Of a stretch of 64,000 nt of DNA, positions 28,086-37,110 are shown in pieces. This DNA comes from Patescibacteria group bacterium. Its GTDB lineage: Bacteria > Patescibacteriota > Patescibacteriia > PEXW01. How positions within the stretch are numbered: position 1 is the first letter of the stretch; each line of letters opens with the position of its first letter. A model generated the notes under the pieces. That model searched no databases, was not told the origin of the DNA, and saw only the letters and a list, made by a program, of their open reading frames with translations. The DNA lies in assembly GCA_041665345.1 (NCBI GenBank), contig JBAYJA010000004.1:48122-112121 (forward strand), in the 5' to 3' direction. Made by a program: the position numbers and the translations under genes.

Positions 28086-28763
28086 ATGCAATTTTCACGA
28101 TGGAGAAAAGCGCGCCTACACCAAGAGCCGACCTCAGCAGTATCTGCACTACCACTGCCAAAACTGCTGCAGCTATATAAGTCGGAGCACGACTACCTAC
28201 AGAGCCTTGGCAAGCACCGGGATGAATTTCTCACGGATGCGGACTACAAACGCATTGGGTTCATAGAAGCTCAGCTCCAGGAGCTTCTGCCGGATCCGCT
28301 GCAGTACCTGGTTACTCAGGAATGTGTTCTCCACGGCATGCATCCAGATAACTTCGTGGATCCGAACCACTGGCGCACTGCGCTCCAGGAAACCGTGCGG
28401 GCAATTGTCCACTTTCTGCACTACGGTGAGCCATACCCAGTAGTGTCAGAGCCGCCGCGGCTCTACTTCCCAGGCGATGTCTTTCTGCTGTGGTTGCTCC
28501 AGGAAGCAAAAGCTGGCACTGCTGGAGATGCGAAAGCCAACATGGCAGCTGCCTTGGAGCAAGTTGTCACATCTGGATCCATTCTTGGCAGGCCGTTCAC
28601 GCCAAAAACGGCAAATGACTTTGGTGGGCGTATCATTCTCCTCTTCTATGGTGACTACACTGAAGGACTTAGCATGCTCATTGCTATCTACAGTGCAAGC
28701 GAAGCTGGCGAGCAGCTCATCCGAGAAATAGTAGGCTGCTACAAACTCGCTCCGATCCCCTAA
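28086..28763 (+). CDS. Hypothetical protein
   Basis: ATG at 28086 (MQFSRWRKARL...) has GGAAGGGG upstream. The track's 5' extension would overlap the tRNA flank. Confidence 0.4.
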   Translation: MQFSRWRKARLHQEPTSAVSALPLPKLLQLYKSEHDYLQSLGKHRDEFLTDADYKRIGFIEAQLQELLPDPLQYLVTQECVLHGMHPDNFVDPNHWRTALQETVRAIVHFLHYGEPYPVVSEPPRLYFPGDVFLLWLLQEAKAGTAGDAKANMAAALEQVVTSGSILGRPFTPKTANDFGGRIILLFYGDYTEGLSMLIAIYSASEAGEQLIREIVGCYKLAPIP

Positions 28764-29559
28764 AGGTCGGAGTTTTTTTACCTCCCAATTTGTCCTCCTT
28801 TCTCATTACCTGGATGCGTTGTAGTGTGGTGAGCTGCCCAGCGTAGAGGTTTGCGTTCTTGGGTATCCAGAGGGTTCCTTTCTCATTTTGCACAACCCCA
28901 CCTGCCTCTCGTACAATGCACACCCCAGCGGCCACGTCCCACAGGTTAATTGGTCCGGCAATGACCACGGCATCTAAACGACTGGCTGCGGTGTACGCCA
29001 AATCTAGTGCCGTGGAACCCGCGTGGCGAACAGAGCGTGCATGCCAGCTTAGACGCTCCGCCATGAGCAATGATGCATGGAGGGACGGCAAGCTGTGGCT
29101 GTACCCGTAGCCGATGATCGCTTCGCGAAGCGGTCGAGCAGGAACCATGTGCAATGGTCTGCCATTTCGTTCCGCACCCTGATTTCTGGCAGCAACAAAC
29201 TGTTCGCCTGTTGGCGGGCAAGCGACAATCCCAAACAGTACATCGTCCCCATCCATGAGCGCAATGGACACACCAAAGAATGGAACATGGAGCACAAAGT
29301 TCGTGGTGCCATCCAGTGGATCCACAACCCAACGAAGCTTCCCAGGCTTGTTCCCACCCTCTTCGGAGAGAAAACCTATTGCTGGGAAAGCTTTCCGAAG
29401 TGTGCGTTGGATGAGGAGATTCGATGCTTTATCCGCTGCAGTTACCAGCTCATGGGCAGACTTTGCGGTCGCGTCAACTCGATGCAATTTACGGAACCGC
29501 TGGAGCAGGAGTTTCCCGGCTGCAGCTGCAGTTTTTTGAGCTAAGGCAATTGGTTGCAT
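28717..29559 (-). CDS. Inositol monophosphatase family protein (SuhB/IMPase-like)
   Basis: WVVDPLDGTTNFV and GIVACPPTGE motifs typical of IMPase/FIG-family phosphatases. Confidence 0.65.
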   Translation of the reverse strand: MQPIALAQKTAAAAGKLLLQRFRKLHRVDATAKSAHELVTAADKASNLLIQRTLRKAFPAIGFLSEEGGNKPGKLRWVVDPLDGTTNFVLHVPFFGVSIALMDGDDVLFGIVACPPTGEQFVAARNQGAERNGRPLHMVPARPLREAIIGYGYSHSLPSLHASLLMAERLSWHARSVRHAGSTALDLAYTAASRLDAVVIAGPINLWDVAAGVCIVREAGGVVQNEKGTLWIPKNANLYAGQLTTLQRIQVMRKEDKLGGKKTPTFRGSERVCSSLLFLG

Positions 29560-29723
29560 AAGTAGAAGATTGGATAACGGAATTAGGCGAACGGTTTCGC
29601 TACCCGCCCGCCTGGCGACGAGGCAGGTATTGTGAGACTGTTTTGGATGACGCGGTACGGATCGTATCCCGTTCCACGATTTGCGTAAACCGATACGGGT
29701 GGCGACCCCGTATTCCGATTTCC

Positions 29724-30488
29724 CTACCTCTCCCCTTTCAACCAGTAGTACACATTCGCCGCGTACTCACGGAGGACAACTTTTGTCCCTTGCAACCGGC
29801 GGGATACCGTGTGCTGCTCTACTGCTTCACGATCAGCTGCTCGGCAAATGACGTCTGCCCCTGCCCGGCGGAAGAAGGTGCAGGCTCGGCTCGTATGGAA
29901 GTCTGAAGTGAGGACAATGAGCTTCCCCCACCCTTGCGTTTTTGCCATCGCAACCACGTTCGCCGCATTCTCCAAGGTGTTCTGCGCCAGGTCATCTTGG
30001 AAAATTTGATTCTCCACCACACCCAAGCGGGTTAGGAGTTCAGCCATGGCTGGCGCTTCGGCAAATGGATTGTCACCTACCTTCCCGCCAGTCACTACTA
30101 CAACGGGAGCAATACCCTGGGCGTAAAGTGCTGCGCCGCTTCGCACCCGCTCTTCGGTTTTGAAACCCAGTTGCCCCGTCTTGGCAGAAATGCCTCCACC
30201 CAAAATAACCAGGGCGTCAGCAGCGGCTACAGGCTGCTGCTCGATCAAAGGTCTGCTAATGAACGCGTTAAAATCTGTAAACCCAACCAGAATAAAAAGA
30301 CCCACAAGTAGGATGACAGTTTTAAATAATTTCCCACGGGCATTCCAAAATCTTCGCACGCTAAATTTTTGTGCGTGGCCGGTGGAACGTGGATTTTGCT
30401 GGCCAACAGTTTCCGAGGCAGTGCGTCTTTTTACCTCAGCTTCGTCACCAAGGTTACTGAGCAGGGTTCGGCGACCATCATTGCTCAT
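29724..30488 (-). CDS. DUF218 (YdcF/SanA-like) domain membrane-associated protein
   Basis: N-terminal TM segment. LVILGGG...LIVLTSDFHTSRA. The start ATG overlaps the nfo stop as ATGA. Confidence 0.5.
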   Translation of the reverse strand: MSNDGRRTLLSNLGDEAEVKRRTASETVGQQNPRSTGHAQKFSVRRFWNARGKLFKTVILLVGLFILVGFTDFNAFISRPLIEQQPVAAADALVILGGGISAKTGQLGFKTEERVRSGAALYAQGIAPVVVVTGGKVGDNPFAEAPAMAELLTRLGVVENQIFQDDLAQNTLENAANVVAMAKTQGWGKLIVLTSDFHTSRACTFFRRAGADVICRAADREAVEQHTVSRRLQGTKVVLREYAANVYYWLKGER

Positions 30489-31327
30489 ACGTTTCGGAGT
30501 TTCTTCAGGGTAGTCAGGTCAACAATGTGCTGGCCATCATGGTGCGTCTCCAAGAGCATGTCCACATTTTTAAGCTTTGGATGCTGGACTAATGCACGGA
30601 AACCCGCCAGGCCAATCTTCCCCTTCCCAATGTGCTCATGCCGGTCTTTATGTTCACCCAAGCCCGCCATGCTGTCATTCGCGTGGAAGAGTTTGAGGAA
30701 CTGCAGGCCAATGTGCTTATCAAATTGCTTCAGGAAGCTATCAACATCTTGTTTGGTTCGCAAGTCGTAGCCACTAGCAAAGGCATGGCAAGTGTCAATG
30801 CAAATGCCAATATGCTTTCGTTGCCCGGCTGGAATTTTTTTGATCAGGAACGCCAGGTCTTCCAGGGTGTCACCAATGACTTTTCCCGCCCCTGCAGAAT
30901 TTTCCAGGAGAAAAGTTGCGGTACCTGTGTACCCCTTCAGCACGGCAACCAGCCCAGTTGCAACCATGGGCAGAGCTTTTTTCTCAGGTACGTCTTTGGC
31001 TGAACCCAAGTGGGTCATGATTGCCGTGACGCCCAGGAGTGAGGCGCGATCCAGCTCCCCGCGGACAATCTCGATTGACCCTTTTTGCAGACGTGGATTG
31101 GCTGAGGCAAAGTTAATGAAGTACGGTGTATGAATGTACGTTCGGGGAATGTCATACTCTTGGTTACTCGCTTTGAACGCGGTAACAATCTCGGGAGTGA
31201 GCTTTGGCGCTGCCCCGCCTTGGGGGGAACGCGAGAAGAATTGGAAAACTTCACACTTCAGGTCGTGAGCATTTTTGGGCGCGTTCTGGGCACCACCGGC
31301 GGCGGAGACGTGGAGGCCGAAGAGCAT
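30485..31327 (-). CDS. nfo: Endonuclease IV (AP endonuclease, Nfo family)
   Basis: MLFGLHVSAAGG...HLGSAKD...KIGICIDTCHAFASGYD (TIM-barrel endonuclease IV motifs). The track start 31384 is TTG, so ATG 31327 was chosen. Confidence 0.7.
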   Translation of the reverse strand: MLFGLHVSAAGGAQNAPKNAHDLKCEVFQFFSRSPQGGAAPKLTPEIVTAFKASNQEYDIPRTYIHTPYFINFASANPRLQKGSIEIVRGELDRASLLGVTAIMTHLGSAKDVPEKKALPMVATGLVAVLKGYTGTATFLLENSAGAGKVIGDTLEDLAFLIKKIPAGQRKHIGICIDTCHAFASGYDLRTKQDVDSFLKQFDKHIGLQFLKLFHANDSMAGLGEHKDRHEHIGKGKIGLAGFRALVQHPKLKNVDMLLETHHDGQHIVDLTTLKKLRNV

Positions 31328-31343
31328 ATGGGGATAGTATAGC

Positions 31344-32096
31344 TTAGCCTGGCGGCAATGGGAGAGTTTTCCAGATTGTCTCAAACATCAAACGCTGCAT
31401 GTCAGCAATACGCTTATCCTGGATTTCCACGGCAAGGAAACTGTTTTGGTAGTCAATAATAATGATCTTGTCGTGAAAAATGTACACGCCAGAGCCAAAG
31501 TCATTTGAAGCATTGCTACTTGGAAGAATCCTGGTTTCGGCAAAAAATCTCTTAGAGTCAGCTAAGGCTTGTCTTGCCAGCGGACTATCATTCAAAATTG
31601 TACGCGTTTTTATCTTCGCTGCCGCACGCCGTTTCTTGAAGTCAGAGATCCAATGTACATCCATATTCATCCAGCTGTCTTCCGGCGCAAAAATCAGATA
31701 CTCCTTTAAGCCCTTGGTACGCACGATATCGTTGTACATTTCCTTAATAGCGCTTAAACCTTCATAGTACTTTATCTTTGGTCGACCTTTAGCTGAACGG
31801 TAAAGCGCTTTGAGTTCTGGAAATGAGGCTTTGAGTAAACGGGTGGATTCTTCGCTCACATTCAAAATTTTCTGCGGATCTTCCGCTGAATAGGTCATGA
31901 CTTTGCTGTCTTTGAGTGCAAAGATAAGGTTTTTTGCGATGAGTGCTTCGAGAATGCTGTAGCAGGTAGAGCGCATGAGCCCACTTTTCCTGGATATCTC
32001 CTGAACTGTGGCTTTCCCAAGCTCCAAAGTAGCCAAATAGACTTTTGCTTCTTTGCCGGAAAGCCCAAATTTTTCTAGTGATTCGTTGAGTAGCAT
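31344..32096 (-). CDS. TrmB-family transcriptional regulator, paralog 2
   Basis: MLLNESLEKFGLSGKEAKVYLATLELGKATVQEISRKSGLMRSTCYSILEAL aligns with the N-terminus of 26932..27663. The track start 32135 is TTG. Confidence 0.55.
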   Translation of the reverse strand: MLLNESLEKFGLSGKEAKVYLATLELGKATVQEISRKSGLMRSTCYSILEALIAKNLIFALKDSKVMTYSAEDPQKILNVSEESTRLLKASFPELKALYRSAKGRPKIKYYEGLSAIKEMYNDIVRTKGLKEYLIFAPEDSWMNMDVHWISDFKKRRAAAKIKTRTILNDSPLARQALADSKRFFAETRILPSSNASNDFGSGVYIFHDKIIIIDYQNSFLAVEIQDKRIADMQRLMFETIWKTLPLPPG

Positions 32097-32276
32097 ATGT
32101 TTAATATGTATACTTGCCGACGATTTCGTCAACAACTATGCTTATTTTTTAGCGAATATTAGCGATTTTTATGGTTGCACTATGTATATATTCTATACTA
32201 TTGACACTTTTTTGTAAAGCCATATACTACGCTATTAAAGAAAATTGATCATTAAAAATTTGAAAAGGAGTTTGAA

Positions 32277-32813
32277 ATGAAGGTACTTGTTATTGATGAC
32301 CAAAAGCGGAACATCGCTTCAGCCCAGAAGCTGGAAGAGCACGGCCATGACGTAGTGGCAGTTAGCACAGTCCAAGAAGCTGAAGAGTTGCTTACGAAGT
32401 GTCTCGGCAATTTCGATGCGGTGTTAACCGACCTGCATATGCCCGTAGGCCAGTTTACCGGCGCGATGGCACGGTCGATCCCGGCTCCGAAGGAAGAGAT
32501 ACCAGTTGGTCTGGTATTTGCCATTACCGCGGCTAACTTCGGAATCCGAACGGTAATCTGCACAGATTCTAACCATCACCGTGACTGGATATGTACCTTA
32601 CTAGACATGGTGCATTACACGGGAGACTCCGCAGTTCGGAAAGTGGCATTCGTGGAAGCTCGTTGCTGCCCGCTAGAGGCATATTACGACGAGGAAACAC
32701 AGAATCTCGTTGGATGTGACCTCGAGCAGCTGAATGACAAACCAGTAGTGAAAGACTGGTTTAGAGCAATGCGGCGTTCCGGCCTATTTCCAGAGCTCAT
32801 CGGCGCCAAGTAG
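32277..32813 (+). CDS. Stand-alone receiver (REC)-like domain protein
   Basis: MKVLVIDDQ...AVLTDLHMP (acidic pocket plus phospho-acceptor Asp context). AAAAGGAG ribosome-binding site 7 nt upstream. Confidence 0.45.
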   Translation: MKVLVIDDQKRNIASAQKLEEHGHDVVAVSTVQEAEELLTKCLGNFDAVLTDLHMPVGQFTGAMARSIPAPKEEIPVGLVFAITAANFGIRTVICTDSNHHRDWICTLLDMVHYTGDSAVRKVAFVEARCCPLEAYYDEETQNLVGCDLEQLNDKPVVKDWFRAMRRSGLFPELIGAK

Positions 32814-32969
32814 ATGGCGTGGCAACAGCAGTTCCTCATGGTGCAAGCCGGTAGGAACATCTACAACGAACTTTGAAGAAGCACCTTGGAAACTTGGTGC
32901 TTTTTTCGTAAGCCTGACCTTGACAAACAGTGATTATTTGTTACACTCATATGCAACCTGGAGGTATTC

Positions 32970-33101
32970 ATGAAAACCAAAAAGCCAACCACCCGCATTC
33001 CCCTACCCGCTAAAAAGGGTAAACCGCAAACCACCAAGAAAGGCAAGCGCGGGTATGACCGGAAGCGGGAACGAAGCAATGCGTTCCTTGATGAGGCGTG
33101 A
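32970..33101 (+). CDS. Small basic protein (43 aa), absent from the ORF track
   Basis: GGAGG 6 nt upstream of ATG 32970. Translation MKTKKPTTRIPLPAKKGKPQTTKKGKRGYDRKRERSNAFLDEA, stop TGA at 33099-33101. A perfect terminator hairpin overlaps the stop. Confidence 0.4.
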   Translation: MKTKKPTTRIPLPAKKGKPQTTKKGKRGYDRKRERSNAFLDEA

Positions 33102-33122
33102 CCAACTATCACGCCTCTTTTT
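33093..33122 (+). terminator. Rho-independent terminator
   Basis: gaggcgtga-ccaacta-tcacgcctc followed by ttttt. Confidence 0.5.
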
Positions 33123-33196
33123 GCATTGACAATCCTGGTGGATTGCCGGTAGGGTGGAGGCAGGAAAACACACTTGCACTTTGAGAAAGGAGCAAT

Positions 33197-34279
33197 ATGC
33201 CCAAAGAAACGGAACGGCGGTTTATTCTGCCTGGAGTCACACCTTCTGCTGTGCTCACTAATCCACGGGAGCTTACGCAGGGATACCTCAATACGCCACC
33301 GCATTCGATTTTCCGGGTACGCGAAACAGCTGGCAACCAATTTGAGATGACCACGAAACTTGGCCATGGTGTTGCACGAGAGGAAGAAAATTGTGAGCTC
33401 AATGAGCAACAATTTCACTTCATTTACCAAGCCTGCCCTTACCCCCTAGCCAAGCGGCGTGCGGATTGTGGAGTCTGGACAGTGGATACGTACCATGGGC
33501 CTCTCCAAGGGCTCGTGTGTATTGAGGATGAGGCGGCTCCTGGCGCACCATTTCCGGCATGGGTTGACCCAGCGCTGGCAATTGAGGTGACCAATACCGT
33601 GACCAATTACGACTTAGCCCGCCTGGCACGGGAGTTAACGCACAATCCTCTGCACGGCGGCATGACCGTCTACACATTCCTGAAGGCTTCGGTGGAGATG
33701 CCGATGGATGTGGTTACCGGACCACCCTGTTCTGGTAAGAGTAAGGCTTTGGTCGAGTTAAATGAAAAATTCGGCGAGCAGATTCATTTTGTTCCTGAAG
33801 CCGCATCCATTATTATCGGTACGGTTGGCGTCCCATTCCCGGCTGGTGATGCCTTCGCCATTGCCCGCTTCCAACAGTCTTTGGCGACAATTCAACGCAG
33901 CTTCGAATTTTTAGCAAAAACCGAAGCCATTCGTTCTGGGAAACTGGGCGTGGTACTGGATCGAGGTGACGTTGACTGCGCCGCCTACTTGCCCAACGGG
34001 CTGGACGATTTTGAAGTGCTCACCCAAACCGATCGCACCTATGCCTACTCCCGGTATAGTAGCGTCTTCTGCTTGGAGATTCCCTCTCGTGCTATTTACG
34101 AGCAGCACAAAGCTGATAATCTCGTTCGCAGAGAGTCGTACGAAGAGGCCTGCGCCTTAGGTGAAGCCATGCAGCGGGTATGGTGTGGGCACCCAAACTA
34201 CACGTTCATTCGAAATGCCGACTCCTGGGAGGCGAAATTTGAAACTATTCGCAATGCCTTCCTCCGTAAGATTGCCTAA
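33197..34279 (+). CDS. CYTH (CyaB/ThTPase-like) domain fused to P-loop NTPase/kinase-like domain
   Basis: N-terminal ETERRFILPG (the CYTH EXEXK-type motif). C-terminal Walker A VVTGPPCSGKSKAL. AAAGGAG ribosome-binding site. Confidence 0.55.
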   Translation: MPKETERRFILPGVTPSAVLTNPRELTQGYLNTPPHSIFRVRETAGNQFEMTTKLGHGVAREEENCELNEQQFHFIYQACPYPLAKRRADCGVWTVDTYHGPLQGLVCIEDEAAPGAPFPAWVDPALAIEVTNTVTNYDLARLARELTHNPLHGGMTVYTFLKASVEMPMDVVTGPPCSGKSKALVELNEKFGEQIHFVPEAASIIIGTVGVPFPAGDAFAIARFQQSLATIQRSFEFLAKTEAIRSGKLGVVLDRGDVDCAAYLPNGLDDFEVLTQTDRTYAYSRYSSVFCLEIPSRAIYEQHKADNLVRRESYEEACALGEAMQRVWCGHPNYTFIRNADSWEAKFETIRNAFLRKIA

Positions 34280-34286
34280 CAAACCA

Positions 34287-34316
34287 CAGGCGCTCACACA
34301 TGAGCGCCTGTTTTTT
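34287..34316. terminator. Rho-independent terminator shared by convergent CYTH gene and tig
   Basis: caggcgctca-caca-tgagcgcctg followed by tttttt. Confidence 0.5.
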
Positions 34317-35610
34317 ACTTGCTCGTTTTTCCTTCGGCCTTCTCCGTCAACCACTTAATAACATTGCGGTTGGTGAGAACCATTCGGAGGTAATCTCGAT
34401 ACGCTTCGGTTTCCAATTCCTTCAGCAATTCTTGCTGGTTGCTCAGCCGGAGCTTCTCTTTGCTAATCTCCCCTTCCACTTCAGCCGGCGTGGCCAGCAA
34501 ATTGTTTGCATCAGCAATGGTGCGGAGGAGCAGGGCAACCTTCACTCGCTGCTCAGCTTTCTTCGTGAACTCGTGCATCAGCTCCTCACGGGTTTTCTTG
34601 ATGGACTTCAGGTAGTCTTCAAACTTTCCACCATCTTGCTCAATTGCGTGCTGAAGCTCGTGCACCATTTTGTCCTCTTCCGAGTGGACGAGGATGTGCG
34701 GCACCTCACCCACCGTGCTCTTCTGCAACGCAGCTTCCACAATGGCTTGCTCAAAGCGCTGCTGCTCGCGATTCTCTGCTTCTTCTTTAAGGTTTTCCAT
34801 GATCTTTGCGCGGAGCTGTTCCATGTTTTCAAACTGGCCCATGCGCTTGGCAAAAGCATCGTCCAGTGCGGGCAGCTGCACGTCGTACACTGCAGAAACT
34901 TTTACTTTGAAATCAGCAAGTTTCCCCTGCAAGTCTTTTTTGCCATAGTCCTTGGGGAAAGTGAGCTGGAAAGTCTTTTCCTCGTCAACCTTCATGCCCA
35001 CCAGGTTGTCTTCAAACCCAGGAATGAAAACCTTGTCACCCAACGTCAGCGGGGTGTTCTTGGCTTGGCCACCATCCAGCGGTACTTTATCAATGGAGAC
35101 ATTGAAATCCACATCCACCCGGTCGCCCATCTTCGCTGGTCGGTCTGCGCGGACTTCCGAAGCCTGCAACCGTTGCAATCGCTTGAGGGTGTCATCAGCA
35201 TGGTCAGCCTTCAGCTCCACGGGCTTGCGCTCAGCTTTGAGATTGGAAAAGTCGCCGAGTTTCACTTCCGGGAGAACAGCGACATTGGCTGTGAAAATGA
35301 AAGGATTACCCTCAGCTAACTTTTCGACGTGGATATCCGGACTGCCAATGGACTTCACATTTTTTTCCGTCACCACCTTGGGGTACACGGAACGCACGGC
35401 CAAATCCGCAGCTTGTTCCATAATAGCTGCATTCCCCACCTTCTTCTCCACAATCTCCCGGGGCGCTTTGCCCGGCCGAAAACCAGCCAGCTTCACCTCG
35501 CTACTCAAGGCCTGGACGGCCTGGGCAATGTACGGGGCAAATTCCTCTGGTGTTAATTCAACTTTGAGGCTAACAATGCTCTGTGGCTGGGGGGTAACAG
35601 TGGTCTGCAT
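34315..35610 (-). CDS. tig: Trigger factor
   Basis: 431 aa. VKLAGFRPGKAPREIVEKK ribosome-binding N-domain, central PPIase region and C-terminal arm typical of Tig. Confidence 0.8.
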   Translation of the reverse strand: MQTTVTPQPQSIVSLKVELTPEEFAPYIAQAVQALSSEVKLAGFRPGKAPREIVEKKVGNAAIMEQAADLAVRSVYPKVVTEKNVKSIGSPDIHVEKLAEGNPFIFTANVAVLPEVKLGDFSNLKAERKPVELKADHADDTLKRLQRLQASEVRADRPAKMGDRVDVDFNVSIDKVPLDGGQAKNTPLTLGDKVFIPGFEDNLVGMKVDEEKTFQLTFPKDYGKKDLQGKLADFKVKVSAVYDVQLPALDDAFAKRMGQFENMEQLRAKIMENLKEEAENREQQRFEQAIVEAALQKSTVGEVPHILVHSEEDKMVHELQHAIEQDGGKFEDYLKSIKKTREELMHEFTKKAEQRVKVALLLRTIADANNLLATPAEVEGEISKEKLRLSNQQELLKELETEAYRDYLRMVLTNRNVIKWLTEKAEGKTSK

Positions 35611-35717
35611 ACAGGCAAAAAAGACGGGGCGAGAGTTTCACGCTACCGTATTTCCATGGCCTGGTCAACCCAATGAAAAGAGCTCCCACATTTAATGAGA
35701 GCTCGTTTAGTATTTCC

Positions 35718-36485
35718 TTAATCAAGGAGCTGCAAAGCTTGCTGAAGGTAGGAACCAGCCATTTCCCAGACAATCGGATCTTGCGCACTACCACTTGACC
35801 GAAGCTGACCTTGTGCGTCAATGCTCAAGTTTGGAATTTCTTCAGCGAGCGGTTTGACCAAGTGAAGTGTACTCGGCCCCAGTCCACCAGCCGCGCCAAT
35901 ACCTAGTGTTGGAAAAGCTTGTTTGATTGCCCTTGCAAACAGAAGGAGTCCGGCAGCATCCATCCCCTTGCCTTGGCCCATGCTTTTATCAAGGAGGACT
36001 CGGTGAATAACCCCCTCATAATCTTCGAGTTTTCTCACAACAAGCTGAGGATCATTTTCTGCTTCATCCAACGCATACTTTCCAAGCTGCAGAATTACTT
36101 CCACATTCTTGCGTGACGTATGCACTGCGTTTGCAATCTGCCCAGGTTCAGGCCAAATCATATCCAACTGCAGAGCATGAATATGAATTCCGCCGTGGGA
36201 AATTGCTTGAGAAATACTTTTCCAAGCTTCTGGGTACCCATCGTAATCTGCGTAGTGTATGCAGTTATAGGTTTCCAAAGAGCTGAATATTTTTCGGATT
36301 TGATTCTTATCCGGAAAAATTCCACTCCACTTGCTTGGAATTCCGTTGAGGGTTTTGTAGCTCATCATTACCCCCACGTGCAATTTTCGCTGCGAACCTG
36401 GCCGCAAATGCGTGTTGAATACTTCCAGCATTGCTTCCACCTGTGTAAATTTCGTGAAATCAGTAATGCCAATGTACGGGTCCAT
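35718..36485 (-). CDS. TIM-barrel protein, phosphoribosylanthranilate isomerase (TrpF)-like (weak)
   Basis: YIGITDFT..., LLDKSMGQGKGMD..., IGAAGGLGPSTL resemble the TrpF blocks GIT, GGsGktfDW and LaGGl. Low-confidence family call. Confidence 0.35.
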   Translation of the reverse strand: MDPYIGITDFTKFTQVEAMLEVFNTHLRPGSQRKLHVGVMMSYKTLNGIPSKWSGIFPDKNQIRKIFSSLETYNCIHYADYDGYPEAWKSISQAISHGGIHIHALQLDMIWPEPGQIANAVHTSRKNVEVILQLGKYALDEAENDPQLVVRKLEDYEGVIHRVLLDKSMGQGKGMDAAGLLLFARAIKQAFPTLGIGAAGGLGPSTLHLVKPLAEEIPNLSIDAQGQLRSSGSAQDPIVWEMAGSYLQQALQLLD

Positions 36486-36686
36486 ATTATTCTCCTTTGG
36501 AAAAGATCTTTTTGTCTAGGACTACTTTGGCATACGGCTGTGAAAAATGCAATAAAGCAAATTGCATTGTATATAAATCGTTATTTCTTGAACTTTCCAA
36601 GCACTCTTGCCTCTTTTGATTGCTTCCTTTAAGGTGGAGGGAATATAAAGAATCTTTGACAAATAACCCAATAAATGGAGGTTCAT

Positions 36687-37037
36687 ATGAAGCGATGCTT
36701 GCATGGCATCGGCTACCTGCTTTCTTTAAGCGTTTCAATGCTTGCGTGGTTTTTTACCTTCGTCGGTTGTGTGGTGTGCATGCCTTCCGGCTATGGACTT
36801 GAGCTGAAAATTATTCCCCTCGGTGTGGTGATGATCACCTCGTTTTTTTTCTTTGTCTACCAGGTCTCCATCGCATACGATTGTTTTAAGAACGTACTGC
36901 GAGGAACAGAACGCTGGAACAAAAATGCCGTCGACTGGAATCCCCTGAGTCTGTACTTGTACAAGCTGCCAAGAGCAATCTGGGAATACGGTAAAAAGTG
37001 CATTGCCAATGAAACGGCATTCCTCACGAAGGTGTAG
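36687..37037 (+). CDS. Small membrane protein (paralog of 37111..37845)
   Basis: GGAGG 5 nt upstream of ATG 36687 (MKRCLHGIGYLLSLSVSMLAWFF...). The ATG at 36675 is part of the ribosome-binding site itself. Confidence 0.45.
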   Translation: MKRCLHGIGYLLSLSVSMLAWFFTFVGCVVCMPSGYGLELKIIPLGVVMITSFFFFVYQVSIAYDCFKNVLRGTERWNKNAVDWNPLSLYLYKLPRAIWEYGKKCIANETAFLTKV

Positions 37038-37110
37038 TCAAGTGTTTTTCTTCAGGTTGGAACAAGGTCTTCCCTAAAGTATAAAACGTAAATTTTTCTC
37101 GGAGGTTTCC

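Noticed and set aside
32861-33430. 189-aa minus-strand ORF overlapping the small basic-protein gene and the CYTH gene start
   Set aside because: It is antisense to a well-supported gene start that has a ribosome-binding site, and it spans a plus-strand terminator hairpin. No start context.
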